Of a DNA stretch of 64,000 bases, positions 38,593 through 64,000 are shown one piece after another; positions within the stretch are counted from its first letter, which is position 1; each line of letters starts with the position of its first letter. The notes under the pieces were generated by a model. That model saw nothing but the letters and a program-made list of their open reading frames with translations. It was not told the origin of the DNA and made no database searches. The DNA lies in assembly GCA_002633005.1 (NCBI GenBank), contig NMRA01000023.1, positions 1,050,194-1,114,193 of the forward strand, written 5' to 3'. A program made the position numbers and the translations under genes. The stretch comes from Phoronis australis. Its lineage: Eukaryota; Animalia; Phoronida.

Positions 38593-40313
38593 GCACACCA
38601 ATTGACATTTGCACTGTCCAGTAAATTCAGAATGTCAACAGGTCATTGCAGGGGAATGTGAATCACATAGTCTGCACCACACGAGATTGCAACATCATGA
38701 ACCAAATTAACAATAAGTAAGTATTGTTATTCGGCAACATGCAATTCCAGCTAATCTAGGCGACAAAAAATCTAACCACTACGATTATCCCCCACCTTTA
38801 TTTTGTACCATAAAAAGATTTCTCGAGTTGAAAAAAAGGTTCAAGGTTATGTTGGACCCTAGAGAACTGTTAAAATTTGGCTAACTTTTGAACACTATAT
38901 CTAAGAAAGAGCTATCGGAATAATAAGAAACTATCATACAGTGCTTTATGCAATGTTCTGCAAACCCCTGTTAATTGTTTTAGCTCATCGGTATTTGTGT
39001 GAGGTGATATCAAAAAGTAGGACTTATGAAAACTTTGTAACCCAGAAAGGCAATGTATCAAAATGCTGATGCTCCCCGATACTTTTGGCCTGCATGAATG
39101 ATATTCCAACATAATACAAGGTAACTTTTCTTCAAAGTTGAGTATTGCCAAGCCCTAATAGCTCCCTTGCTGTTCCAGATCTCCTGCACTCTTTCTAGTA
39201 GTCTAGCTCAAATAATATTATGCCAAAGTGTTGAACTTATGATTCTAACAATAAAAAACATTTCAGGGCTTAATAAAAAGTAGTTATCAATATAAAACTT
39301 TGACAGAAATTTGCAACACTGTTTATTTTTGCACGATTTTGGCGAAGTGGATGGAGCAAAACCTGTTGAGATTTTGTAGAGATTAGCCAGAATGGAAACA
39401 GATTCCAGACGAAAATAAATGGATAATTAACCACGGTTTTGTGCTCTTTGTTGAAGAGCATTTTTTCTGTTTTTTCTTTTTTTTGATGTCTGTTTTTATG
39501 ACTATTGAATGAAACACACAACTTGAATAAGTTAAACTACTGACAAATTAAATGTTCCTCAACACCAGTAGTTGAATGGAAACATGCACATGAGAACAAA
39601 ACTTAATAAGTTCACATTTAATAGAATGTAAAACAACGTCCACAAGAGATAGTAATTTTAATAAAAAATGGTCTGTTTTGTCTTATACAGCTGTCAATAA
39701 TGCAACAAATACAAGCCCAATATTTTCTCCCTCCAATACATCTACTGACTAATCTCAGCACAGCAATCTCTAGTATGCAAACTTCAATATGGCCACAGCA
39801 GTATTATATTAGATTATCCGAATATCTAAATTTTTTTTTCATAAAGTAAACCATGCACCAGGAAATAAATAATAAAATAGACGTTTAGCTCCAGGGTTTG
39901 GCCATAGCACTCAAGATCAGAGTCTAGCCATTACAGGATTTAGAGACCCGATCTAAGCACTGGCAAACCTGGCAATCCAGCTGTTTATACACCAATCTTA
40001 AGGCCCTGCCGCACCAGAATCTCAGAGCCTATCGTAAAAGCAGCCACATTTGCCCAAAAGAGTGCCACAAATACAACACTGCCTGTGGAGTTCTAACTTA
40101 CATGGTGACAGGTGCCGACAACCTTTAGTGTTAAATCTTGAAAACATGCAGAGAACTCCCGTGGTGTGACAGGGGTGTCTTATAGTGACCTTTTTACCTT
40201 TTGCGTGAGTTGAAAAGTTCAATTTTAAGGCGAAGCCCTCCTTCATTAAATTTTAGTGAATCCCATAAAATGTCAAACACCACCACATGAACACTTGATG
40301 AAGCAGTGTGCAC

Positions 40314-43300
40314 TTAGTCAAACTTCTGCTGAAGTTTCTTCTTAAAGAACACGGGCAAGAGTGAGAGAATGGCAAGCACAGCCAGTATAATTACAGAGGT
40401 CAATGATACGGTGTCACCAGATGAGGTCAGCTCTTGCAGAGTCTCTCCAGCTTGGATGGCCACAAATGAAGGTGGAGCGACACCTGTAAATGACAGCAGA
40501 GTAGTAATGGACAGGTCATTTGACAAATAGCAAGGCAGCATGCATTGATGGATTGCTGATTTAACAATGCAGGCTAACGATTCGTGTATTCACAAGAGCT
40601 ACAACTCCATGAATCACAGTGGAAGCAAGATAAGAGCTAATAAGAGCTGACATTAGTTTGACTGAAGTTGGATAAAAGCAAAGCAAAACCATTTGAAGAA
40701 ATACACTTCTTCCTTTAGTTCATTCAGACAGGTACTTGAACAAATTTCAACTACGAAGAATTTTATAATCAACATTTTCCCCAAAAATTGTCAAAATACC
40801 TTTCAACCATAAAGATCTAATCATCAAATTCTGCAAAATTTAAGAAAACGGTGAAAATTATCCGCACTTAGTAAATTCAAAAAAGTTGACAAAATCTCCT
40901 AGTTAAAAATCCTCATAGGAACATTTGCTCCTTCAGTTGGCAACATCATCGCGTTCTTATCCTTGTTTGAATTGAAATTGGTTGCTGCCTTAAATTCCTT
41001 TGACCACCACTCTGTTGAATTTAATCGCACAGCCTACTCACCAATAAAAGTCCCCAGTGCAAAGGGATAGAGTGGAACATGAATGACTGGTGCGGTAATG
41101 TTGATGAACCAGTTCGGGAGGAACGGTGTGATGCGTAGGAAGATGATGTAGTTGAGAAGGTGTTCCCGATGACGGTTAACCTGCAAACAACAAATAGTGA
41201 TCTGAAATGATGTGACAAATGCTATTGCTAGAATCAGTGGGCGAATTCGTATCACATTGTATTCTATAAAATGTGAATTCTGGAAAAGCAATACAGTGAA
41301 ACATGTCTAAGTCATCTCAACAGCTTTATTTTGGAACAACCATACCATCACACTTTGTCAGGGTTAAGCAAAGATCATCTGACTTTTTATACATGTACTG
41401 AAAATCCAACAGGTGTGTTTTACAGTTATAGTTTAGGAAGGTTTGATACAGTTCGCAAAAAAATCCGTAAAGCAGTCGTTGTTTTACGACAATGTCTAAC
41501 TGTTCAGTATGATTTTTCATTTCAATAACAAATTTTGAAAAATGTTGATTATGCGTTGACTTTTTGGTACTTTGGCATTTAATAATAGCGTGTGACAATT
41601 TTCACAATAACATGACACTAAACAATAGACACATCCAACATTGTTACTTAATTCAAATAACAATTTTGAATAATTATAAAGTCAAAACTGCTCGTCTTAC
41701 ATTGCTCACATCAACAAAACTTATTTTACAATCTCTAGAAAATAACAATCTCCATCTAGCGTAATGCAGAGAGGTAAAAACTGGGGTACTCTTGTGTGAA
41801 CTAAACTGTCTCAAAAGCTAAGATGATGAAGACATTTTTTCTTATTGCATATGAAATAGGATGGGCATCAAACTAAACTATAAAAAAACAAATTGTAAAG
41901 GGTGTGATTTTTGTGTAAAAGTCTACACGCTGAAACTTGGGTACTCTGTCTGGAAACATTTTTACTTATGCAAATGTAAGAAAGTAAATTATCCTAGAAA
42001 CATTTAATGCTGCAGTTAGATCATAAAAATAATATCGCACAACGAAATTAATTCATTACCAATGGCACAAGGATTTCAATCATAAATGTATTTATAGGTG
42101 GCTTTTAGTATGTCAATTTCACGTTTTACCGGAGTTGCCCTTGTTCAGTTGGCTGTCACGGGAAAACTAATTCGATGAACCCATGTTCGTTACAAATTTG
42201 TAGTGGGAAAGGTCAAATGCACATTGAATTCTTAAAAAAACAATTACCAACTAAAACTATGTTGGACCTCCTCAATTTCATTAATAGCTCAAAAACAGAA
42301 GTTCTGAAAAGGATGAATCGACCTGAACTTGAAACCTCTTCATTACTATAATAGTCTTGAACTATGGAGAGTGCAACTGTATGAACTTTTTTGGTAATTG
42401 TAAAGTATTGGCAACAAGAAATATCCTGCATTCAATTGAGGTTTTGAAAATATCTGTATTTTAATCTAGGTTAGCGGTAACACAAGACATTGCTAGGCAA
42501 CAGAGTCTAGTTTGCTTATCGAATAGATACCATGAACTTCCTGTAATTCAACATTTTAGCCTCGCAGACCCAATAACATGTCAGTGGAGTGTACTTTGCT
42601 AATAAATGCGAACAAGGCTCCGAGTGAACTCGCAAAAAACACTTGTCTTTCATTCTAATCACTTGATTTTCTTGCGCGAGCTTTCAAACTCATGAGAAAT
42701 TTGCTCAAAGGAATGCTCCCTTGGTGTGGAAACCAAGTGCACATTTCAGTTACCTCACAACTAAAAATTCTTAAACTTTGGCAGTCCAGCCAAATCATTT
42801 ACATGACCTTCAGAGGAATGTGCTCTCTAAGCTATATAGTTGCCTATCTTGACTGTTGGTTCAGAAAACAGAATTGCTCAATTCCATCCACACCAACAAT
42901 TGTCAAAACAAGTTCTGCAAACTTTAAAATTTGAATAAAACCAGTGTCAAAAAATGACACTTTGGCTTTCTGCATGCCTGCAGAAATTAAAATAGTTACC
43001 ATGTTTCCAAGATGACCGATGCAGTAAAAAAAGCAATATGACGACAAAATGTTTTATCTTTTACTTGAAAATTTGCCACAACAGAATTTCACTTTTCTGC
43101 TACATCGTACTCTACGTATACAGTGGTAAAGAACAAAAGACTGTAGAAATTGTTCACTAGCATAGAATGGACAAAACTTTATAAGCAGGGATCAACAACT
43201 CAACAGGGAATCTTTCAGCGAGATTGAAGTGAACAGAGGTTGTGCATCATCAAATTTGGTGACAGCGGACTTACGTGAGCTTGCCACTCAGCAGCCTTGC

Positions 43301-46300
43301 CGGGGATGTACCTCTGAACTAGAGTCCTCCCCAAAAGGTAAGACAGTCCATAACAAAAGGAAGCACCAAGCATTGAGCACTGTAAGGAAAAAAGTGAAAT
43401 AATTAATGCTAAAGAACAACATTTTACATACTAAACAATAGCAATGCAGAGTATTGATATGTGCCAACCGTTTGTATCCCTCACAGTGAAGAAATGAGAG
43501 TGTCCAATGGAATCAGTTATTTCCACCATTTCTGGATCCATTCGAAAATTAGCATCAGGTGTGCAGGCTCTCCTCATTTATAACACACAGGGCAAATTTC
43601 ATAAAGAATCATTGAAGAACAACACAACTGTATTATAAGTTAGTAGCTATTAAGGCACACCTAATGACAACTTATCATTAGGGGGCACTACAGTAGTTAG
43701 ATCCATTCAAAAAATATACAAGCCGTGACATCATATATCCCAAATTTCACAAAGATCCATCAATGAGCTAGGTAGATATTGACACAGATGAAAGAAACTA
43801 AAATTGCAACTATGGGCGGGTACAGTAGACGAGTCAGAAAACAAATGTCGGCCATACGCACACATCAGCAAACTTCCATGATGGATCTTCAAGCAGTTTG
43901 CCAATAGGGAGGTAGACAACAAAAATATGGCCACTTGGGGACATTAAAAATAATCTGAATCCATCTGAAACAGGGCAGATGCTATCTCTTCCTTCTTAGA
44001 AAGTTATTAGTCAAATTTCAAGTATATCAATTAAAGGAACTTAGAAAATGGAATACAGAAAGGAAAATTAAACTGCCACTAGGGCATGTTATGGTACTCG
44101 GCTATGCTTTCCTCAATAGGAACATATCTGTGAAATTGTATTACGATCTTTCGAGATGTACAGTGGACAGAGAGGCAGACGTTGAACAAAACTCGGAAAC
44201 GACAAAAAATGACCACTGGGGGTGCAGAATATGCCAAATCCATCCAACACTTTGAAGCAGGTCAAACTTTGGAAACTGAATTCTACTCTAGCAATATTCT
44301 GAAGCGAATTTATTAGACTCATAAATGAGAGGTCTCTTCATCATGGCCTTGCCATGGTTAGGATATTTTATACACCCATATTGTAGGGGAAGTGGTCCAG
44401 TTTTTGGACATAAACAGAAGGAAATACAGTTTTAAGCACACTGGGAAAAAGGTGTGTGGATTAACACAACTAGTGAAAAATTTTGAATAAGAAACGGCAG
44501 CAGTACTTACCAAACACACGGCAAAGAGGGCGAGCGGAAATGAAAACAAGAACCCTGAGAGAATACTTAGAAAGATGGACCCTGGTATGGCGAATGTTTG
44601 CAAGCTGAACTCTAGATAAGGATTCACAAAGGACACAATTCTATTTGAAATACAAAGCAAGAGCAACGCAGGGTGTTGATACGCACCTATCAGGTGCATC
44701 CTATACAGTGCAAATACAAGGGATAATCAATATTTTAAACATTCAATGTTAATGCTAGTAAATTTAACAACAGCCTCTAAAGGGTACAAAGCAAGTCAGA
44801 AATGATTTTTTCAATAAGAACACAACTGCCATCTTTAACCATGGTTCCCCAAGAAGGTTTGGAAGGATAAAGACTCAAGCAGACGACAAAGGACACCAAA
44901 ACAACAGAAATTCAGCTAGGGGGCGCAATGCAGGTCAAATCCACCAGAAACAGGGCACGTGCTGTTGTCTTCATGACATTAAATTATTTCAATTGTCACA
45001 TTTCATGAACGTTCATCAAGGAACTTCTTCAATAGAATCAAGACAAATGCAAGGAAAAACAAAATTGCCATTTTATGTGACTACTGCGTAGTCGGATTTG
45101 TCTCAACATCCATGTCAGTTGAACTCTCCCAAACAAAAGCATGTGCCAAATTTCATGAAGATCCATTGTATTGAACCACAAGCAAAAAATCCCACAACTG
45201 GGCGCCGCAGCAGTCAGATCTATTCAAATATTTTATCTGCTGTGTACTTCCTAGAAGGAACAGATATGCCAATAGGGCCACACTAGACTACACAGAGATG
45301 AATCTCTCCTTTGTCATGGAGGTAAGAAAGCGAATTTTTTATTTACCAAATGTCATGAAAATCCGCCCGGGAACTTCAAAGACAACAACAAACATAAAAA
45401 ACTAAAATTGCCACCAGGAAGCACACTCGTACATCAATCAAGGAGCTTTAGAGATAAAGCAGCGGATGAAAAACGGACGGGCATCACAACATAGTGGTCT
45501 TTATGTGGGTGCATAAAAATTGTTGATCAGGTAAATAACACTATCTTGACATCTTTTGTTGTCACAAATGGAACATTAGACACAACCCTTTCTTCAACAG
45601 AGCACCATAACTAAACAATCTTGGGAGCAAATTGCAGATGACAATGTCAAGTGCAATCCAAAAACTCTTATTGTCTTCCTGTTCAACAGCACTGTTTCAT
45701 TCGAAAGCTTCATTTTGGGAAATTATAAGCAGACCGCCATGACGATGGACAGATGACATGATCCTGATTTTTTTTCATTTTCGAAAACAACAAGTTTTAT
45801 CCATTTGAGCAAGGAAATGACTTGGAAACAAGTTATTAATCGATGGACAGAATACATTTTCAAGAAACACTTTAGGTGCTGAACATAAACAAAAGCCCAG
45901 GATTGACGTCCTACCACATAACACATCGACAGTGGTACACGCCTGATGCCATGCATCCAAGAAACCTAACACTGGGTTAAACCTGTTCTTTGTAACTAAC
46001 AACTGATCTGAAGTTGCTACAGCATAACCGACAGTTAGAACAATCCATGAATATGTTATCAAAGGAGTGATACCCAGATGCTTAAGAGATCAGCTGGGGA
46101 AAGGCCGAAGTATGATGGTTTTGATGGGCAACTGCCTCACTTTGGCATCCTCTATACATTGGAGCGCCACCACATTGCTGCTCATGTGACCGCTCTTAAA
46201 AACTGTCTTCAACAGAATTACAATAAGGACAAAACACATTGCAACAGCACTTGAAATCTTAGCTAATCACGTATAAAGCCCATGTGTGAAACTCCAGGTG

Positions 46301-49300
46301 TTAGATGGCGTCCACACAACAAAAGGATACAAGACATAGGTGATAAAAAATCCGCCCAAAACTTGATAAAAGTATTTGTCCTTGTAGCGCGACAAGACAC
46401 GTCCTAGATTCTTTGCGTCTTCTATATTTTTTGGGAGTTTGATGAACTGCACTTCATCACTGAAACAAAAACAGTGAATGATACCTAATACAGAAATGAA
46501 AAAACAAATAAAGTTTTGAAGACTACTTATTTAAAATTGTGTTTTTAGGAAGGTGCTATACGTACATGCCAGCAATGGCTGACAGCATAAAGTTAAGCTT
46601 GAGAAATAAAACAAGTTTCAACGTACAAGGATTTGGACTACACATGACAAAAAGGGACTTTATTAAACACCAGTCCAAAGACAAATGTGGAAGATGAAAA
46701 CAGTTGAAGTAACATGAAGAATAATACAAAGACTGTGTGCACTTGTAAGATGAACTGTATGAGACAGCAACATTTTGTGAATTGTGTCCATGAGAAAATG
46801 ATACTTTGGTGAGAATGCCCGAGCCAATCATAAAGTAGGAAGACTGACTACTCTGTTTTAACAGACAAGACATTTTTATACAATGATCACAATGTACAAG
46901 GTAGTCCAGCCATACTGAATCCCTCTCAAATTGACCTACTTACTGTTCTAGTTTTGGAAAGTTCCAATAGGCCATGCCTAAAGCAACAATTGCCAAAATG
47001 AAGATGGCAGCCAGTATTAAGACTGCTCTTCTGGTGTCACCTTTAGTGTACCCATCCTTTCTCTCCCTGACACCCGTGAACTGAAGGTCGCCTGCATCCC
47101 CTTAAAAACACCAACTCAATTCTAAAGCATGGTGGAGAACAGTTAAACATCAATTCAAGCGAAATTCTTAAAGTGAACAAAGAAACAAATTTTGATGACG
47201 ATCTATGACAGTTCAAACATTTTGACTATAAATATCATCTTTTGATTAGAAGCACTAGTAATGACCAAATAAACACTCCCTGAACAGTTTTATAGTATAC
47301 ATGTTGCAAGCAATTATTACACATAGGCCGATTTAGAGGGGACCCAGGGGGCCCGGGCACCCTCCTCTTGGCTACCGCAAACAAAATGAAACTGCAACAG
47401 GAACAGCAACAGCACGACGCGTGAGGAAATATAACTAGGTCTGGTAGTGGAGAAGGGGAGGCCGAACCCCATATCATGGTGGGATCGCGTTCGCATTTCT
47501 TATTTTTTAGTCCATATGTATTCCGAACAGCAGGTTCACACTCCTGGCCCCCGCAACTTTCGGGATGCCTGTACACATACAACTGCGCTTTGCCCAATTG
47601 CCCGAGGCAACATGTTGGCCCCCCCCCTTATGGTATCCAAGATCCGCCACTGTTACAACTCCGGACCTGCTTGCTACAAATGAAAAGTGCTCAATAGACA
47701 CATCGCAGCATCCTGGGAGAGGCTAGTTGCAGATAACAACAAATACTTGTTGTTGACATGACTGAGCCATTAGTCGTCAGACTGAAAATTTGGAGAAAAA
47801 TTTGACAGCAAAGTTGGCCTATCAAGTGTTTTATTGGGGCTGAAATGTGTACGCAAAAAACACACAATTCATCCTCCATAAAACACACGTTCTCGCACAT
47901 ATTTTTGGGGCTCGAGAAGACGCAATTTCTCGCTGGTATATTTTGTGCTCGAAAAAATGAAAGCTCAAATGAGCACATTTTATACAACACAAAGACACAT
48001 TGCCAAGCTAGACAGTACCATTGTCTCTGCAGTTGGTCCTAGTAGAGACGGTGGCCATCCCATACGGCCGCCAAACGATGGGAGCTTTTCAGCAAATTAT
48101 ACCTCACACTAAGTACCTTTTGCACCTAGGGAGACACCTTAGGAGACTGTTAATGTATTTAACTCTTCCCAGCTTGCACAAATGACCCACAATCAAAGTT
48201 TTTTGGATAGTCCTTCGTTCATTTGCCAAAATCGGTAACTGGCCAATTTTACACAGTTCATGCCCCCGACACGAGCGGTGTAAAACTGGCCAAATGCCAA
48301 TTTGGACAACTGAATGAAGGATAGTTTGATTGCGGGAGTGTTTGTTAAAGCTGGGAAGAGTTAAAGACATCAACGGCCTAAGGTGTTCCTCTATGTGAAA
48401 AAGGTACTTAAAACAACAAGACTTTGATGGTTTAATCAGTGTAAGGCATCATTCGCCGAAAAGCTTCTGTCATATGGCTGTCCTGTGGCATGGCGACCAT
48501 TTCTATTGGGGCCAGCTGATACGTTGGTATCTATCTGTCTTGTATCTATCTGTCTTGTCTTGTCTTGTAATCGGCAAGGGTTGATACCATCACGCCAACA
48601 GGGACAGCGCTCAGTAGGTGTGTCACGCCAAGTCAACACTGAGCAATCACAATTTCTGTGGAGGTACAGATTGTACATTCTCTTGAGGACGCAGATTTCA
48701 TTCTCAAGAGAAAACATACAATCTCCAAGACAGTTTCAGACTCGAGATAACACTTATTGCATCTTTGAGGTCAGATTCAGCCAACGGTGTTGTCAAAATT
48801 CTCAACACAAGTCATCACATTTTAACTGAGGAAACACGTGACTATCTATACGGGAAACAATTCATATTTTTTAGAACTAAGATATCCACATGCTATCATA
48901 TTACGTTTGAAAACAGAAGTTAGAACCCTGCAAGTGTCACTTTTAGCACTAAAAGGCCTAGCAGAGACAGATGTTCTGTGAATAGTGTATTAAAATTATA
49001 CTAGAGTTCATAAAATAAAGAGAGGAGAGTGAGTTAAGTGAATTCTAACATCAGCAAAACGTTGAAGCAGTTAGTGCAGCACGTGAAGGTTGGTGTTTGA
49101 CAACGCAATATCTGTCAGCCTTACAGCTATCAAAATCGTTCTCAATCTGTTTATCCTTCGTGAAGTCGATGTGTGACTGGAACAATACGCCTTGATTTCG
49201 GGAGCGATTTTGCAGTAAATGCAAATTTTCATAATCTTGTCTTAACGGCGGTCTGGGAGTTGCGCCTAAAGGACTCGGGGGGAGTCTACCTGAATCGTCA

Positions 49301-49356
49301 GAAGTGGCATTCCTTTTCCTTGGCGTAGCCTGCCGCTCCGGAACACTGTCGGCCAT
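40314..49356 (-). CDS. TMEM41B: Transmembrane protein 41B (Stasimon; VTT/DedA-domain ER scramblase), ~286 aa
   Basis: Seven exons in transcription order: 49290-49356, 46944-47100, 46331-46459, 44511-44604, 43275-43379, 41042-41180, 40314-40483 (861 nt). Diagnostic peptides TYVFLQTFAIPGSIFLSILSG, LNYIIFLRITPFLPNWFINI, GVAPPSFVAIQAG and C-terminal KKKLQQKFD. Confidence 0.96.
44605..46330 (-). other. U12-type (minor spliceosome) GT-AG intron in TMEM41B
   Basis: 5' site GTATCCTTT (46330-46322). Branch-like TCCTTATC (44622-44615) lies 10 nt before the 3' end, with no polypyrimidine tract. Splicing restores codon TT|C (F) in TYVFLQTF. Confidence 0.9.
47325..47652. mobile_element. Short GC-tipped MITE-like insertion
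   Basis: Starts aggccgatttagaggggacccagggggcccgggcaccc and ends ggcccccccccttat...agatccgccactg, the usual layout of CAGTGGCGGATC-type MITEs; the left end is degenerate. Confidence 0.4.
48110..48410. mobile_element. Fold-back (fully palindromic) MITE in TMEM41B intron 1
   Basis: The ~140-bp arms are imperfect reverse complements along their length (taagtacctttt, acaccttagg, tttaactcttcccagctt, caatcaaa, tggcca(a/g)ttttacac); TA at both ends. Confidence 0.85.
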
Positions 49357-49690
49357 TGTTCCTGTGATCACAGAAACAGGTCGCTCTTTGTCTCTTAAAC
49401 TCTCAAAACTTCCAACTTCCTTTTATCAATTTGACAGACAATAACTTTTCATCAAGTCAAATAATATTCATTTAGTAGAGTTTAAATTCAATTATATTTC
49501 TACTATTCAAATTTTTAGGGAGTGTATCCAAATTCCTTCCAAAAAGTGTTATTCATTTTTTAGTCTAAGAGTACAAATGTCAAATATGGTTGAAAGTTGT
49601 ATGGCAACATATCAACAGCTCGCTGATTTTTGCAAAATTTGTGGCACTAACTCTGAGGCATATTTGTAGCTATCCAACGTATCACTAAAA
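49357..49690. promoter_or_regulatory. Shared bidirectional promoter region of TMEM41B/TTLL1 with RFX X-box-like motif and probable non-coding first exon of TTLL1
   Basis: TMEM41B ATG at 49356 (-); GTTGTATGGCAAC at 49596-49608; donor aaa|gtaagc at 49691 would pair with the acceptor at 50814 just before the TTLL1 ATG. Confidence 0.55.
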
Positions 49691-50323
49691 GTAAGCTATA
49701 CGGTTATTTTTGTGTAAAACTAGAACTGTTGAGCGATAAGGAATGATATACATTAATGTGTTTACCAAATTAAACTGGATCTCCCTGCCCAACCGGGTCA
49801 ACCGAGTCCCGAGCGCCAAAACTGGCAAAAACGGCCTATCCCTGACCTAGGCCTAGCTAGCAGGTAGGCATATAGGGAGTGACCGAGCCAGCCAGCTAAC
49901 TGTATGAAAGCTACATCAAAATACAGCTTGGAACCTCTGTTAACCTCACATAGATCTTGGAAGTTGCACACCACTTGTGTAAATTATGCAGCCGTGGAAA
50001 GCAAACCACATCATTTTCTTGCATAATTTTCCTGCCTTTGTAACCAAAAAATCTGTCATCAACTTGAAAGCAGTATGACGCCCGTGACATGCGGTGCATG
50101 CATCATTTGCTAATTGTTTGCAACATCTTTCAGGAGATGGTGACAGCTTCATCAAAGCAAAATTTGCTCTGAAGTTTGGTTTGCTTGTATTGAAATGATA
50201 AAAACTAAAATTAATTAAGTGAAGCCAGTTCAAATTTGTTGTTAACATGCATGCAACCATATGTGAAAGAAAAACAGTTGACCTTGAAGTCTTGAAGAAT
50301 TACGTAGTAGTAGCCGAGATTAC

Positions 50324-50352
50324 CCTGCCCGGGAATCGAACCAGCGACCCCC
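50324..50352 (-). mobile_element. tRNA-derived SINE fragment (T-arm/B-box)
   Basis: Minus strand ggggtcgctGGTTCGATTCCcgggcaggg; no 5' tRNA half present. Confidence 0.45.
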
Positions 50353-50828
50353 ATAAAATTTACTTATTTGTTTATTTAAACTTATTAAAAAGACTGGAGA
50401 CCACTTCAGTGAATACACTGATTTTCAAGGGAGCCCAGTAGGAAATAATTACATGAAATGAAGTACACAGGGCTATGTGCACCAAGGATAGCAGTGGGCT
50501 GCACTTATTTACAGATGGGTTATGGATCTAGCAGTGATCGATTGATAAGTTATTGGGTGTTTACCTAAATGCAGTCTGTTGGAATGAATTGCAAATTTGT
50601 CGCTGTCTGAATTATGACCAAATTTATCATGTGATCTCCATGCTCGTGAGGATAATGTCAAGAATGACTCTCACTTCTCTGAATTTTATGCTGGTGTTTG
50701 TTGGGAATGAAGTGTCACTTTACTTTCTCACTGCCACTTACAGATCCGAATTTCAACTTGCGTGGCAATAGCCTAATGTTCTATAAAAGCTGGAGGTTTG
50801 TTGGCTGGTTACAGGTAATGAGCTGACC

Positions 50829-63453
<12,625 letters not shown>

Positions 63454-64000
63454 ACCTTATTTTGATCAAAATACATGTGACTGTACTATTTTCAAATTAT
63501 ATGTAAATATCAAATTTGTTTATTAATTACTAAATTTTCTGGTATAAGTTTTTAACAATGAACTGTTTAAAAACATTTTTGTGTTTTTATGTATTTTTCT
63601 ATCATACAACTGTCCTGAAAACAGTTGAGTTGATTCACTGTTTAGACCCGGATATAATCTCCTGTCAACAATGGCTGAAAGTTGTCATTTTAAGGCTTGC
63701 TTTGGACCTGTTTATGGTGATAAGTAGGGGGTCTTGGTGCTCAGCAATTACTCATCAGTAACCATAGCAACTGACTGGGTAATGAGAGGGAACTAGCGGC
63801 TGGGTTTGGAGGACAAATTTGTTCTTATGATCCCCCAGGTATTATTGTCTAATTTAATGAATTTAGTACTGTTTTTACTGGAATTTTATTGAATATTCAA
63901 TGTTATGTTACTTTCATGTTGTTTTTGTTTGTAATATTTAAGCAGTCTAAATTTTTAAATTAGGTAAATGCTGAATATTGGCATCGGTGTGCAGTCAAAA

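Noticed and set aside
37776-40314. Overlapping convergent 3' UTRs of the C6orf89-like gene and TMEM41B
   Set aside because: Candidate poly(A) signals (ATTAAA at 37944 on +, AATAAA at 38577-38592 on -) allow non-overlapping ends; no sequence evidence of overlap.

Overview
Intron-rich animal genomic DNA, about 38-40% GC by eye. It is probably a marine invertebrate (inference; species not determinable) from a heterozygous draft assembly, with single-N joins and one N gap. Splice sites were read by hand to build five gene models. (1) A minus-strand atypical Ser/Thr kinase or pseudokinase whose 3' end was not found in the window. (2) An 8-exon secreted astacin metalloprotease with a C-terminal WSC domain. 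(3) A 6-exon C6orf89/BRAP-like membrane protein. (4) A 7-exon TMEM41B/Stasimon ortholog on the minus strand that keeps a U12-type intron. (5) A TTLL1 ortholog with 13 coding exons, head-to-head with TMEM41B, with an RFX X-box-like motif between them. Non-coding DNA holds a TTAA-flanked Kolobok-like element with a THAP remnant, a TA-flanked TIR element with helically phased repeats, palindromic MITEs, tRNA-derived SINE fragments and a 43-bp minisatellite. One intact and one degenerate minimal hammerhead ribozyme of the Penelope-retroelement type lie antisense in TTLL1 introns. The most notable items are the astacin-WSC architecture, the apparently haplotype-specific hammerhead insertion, the degenerate kinase and the U12 intron with a variant branch site.
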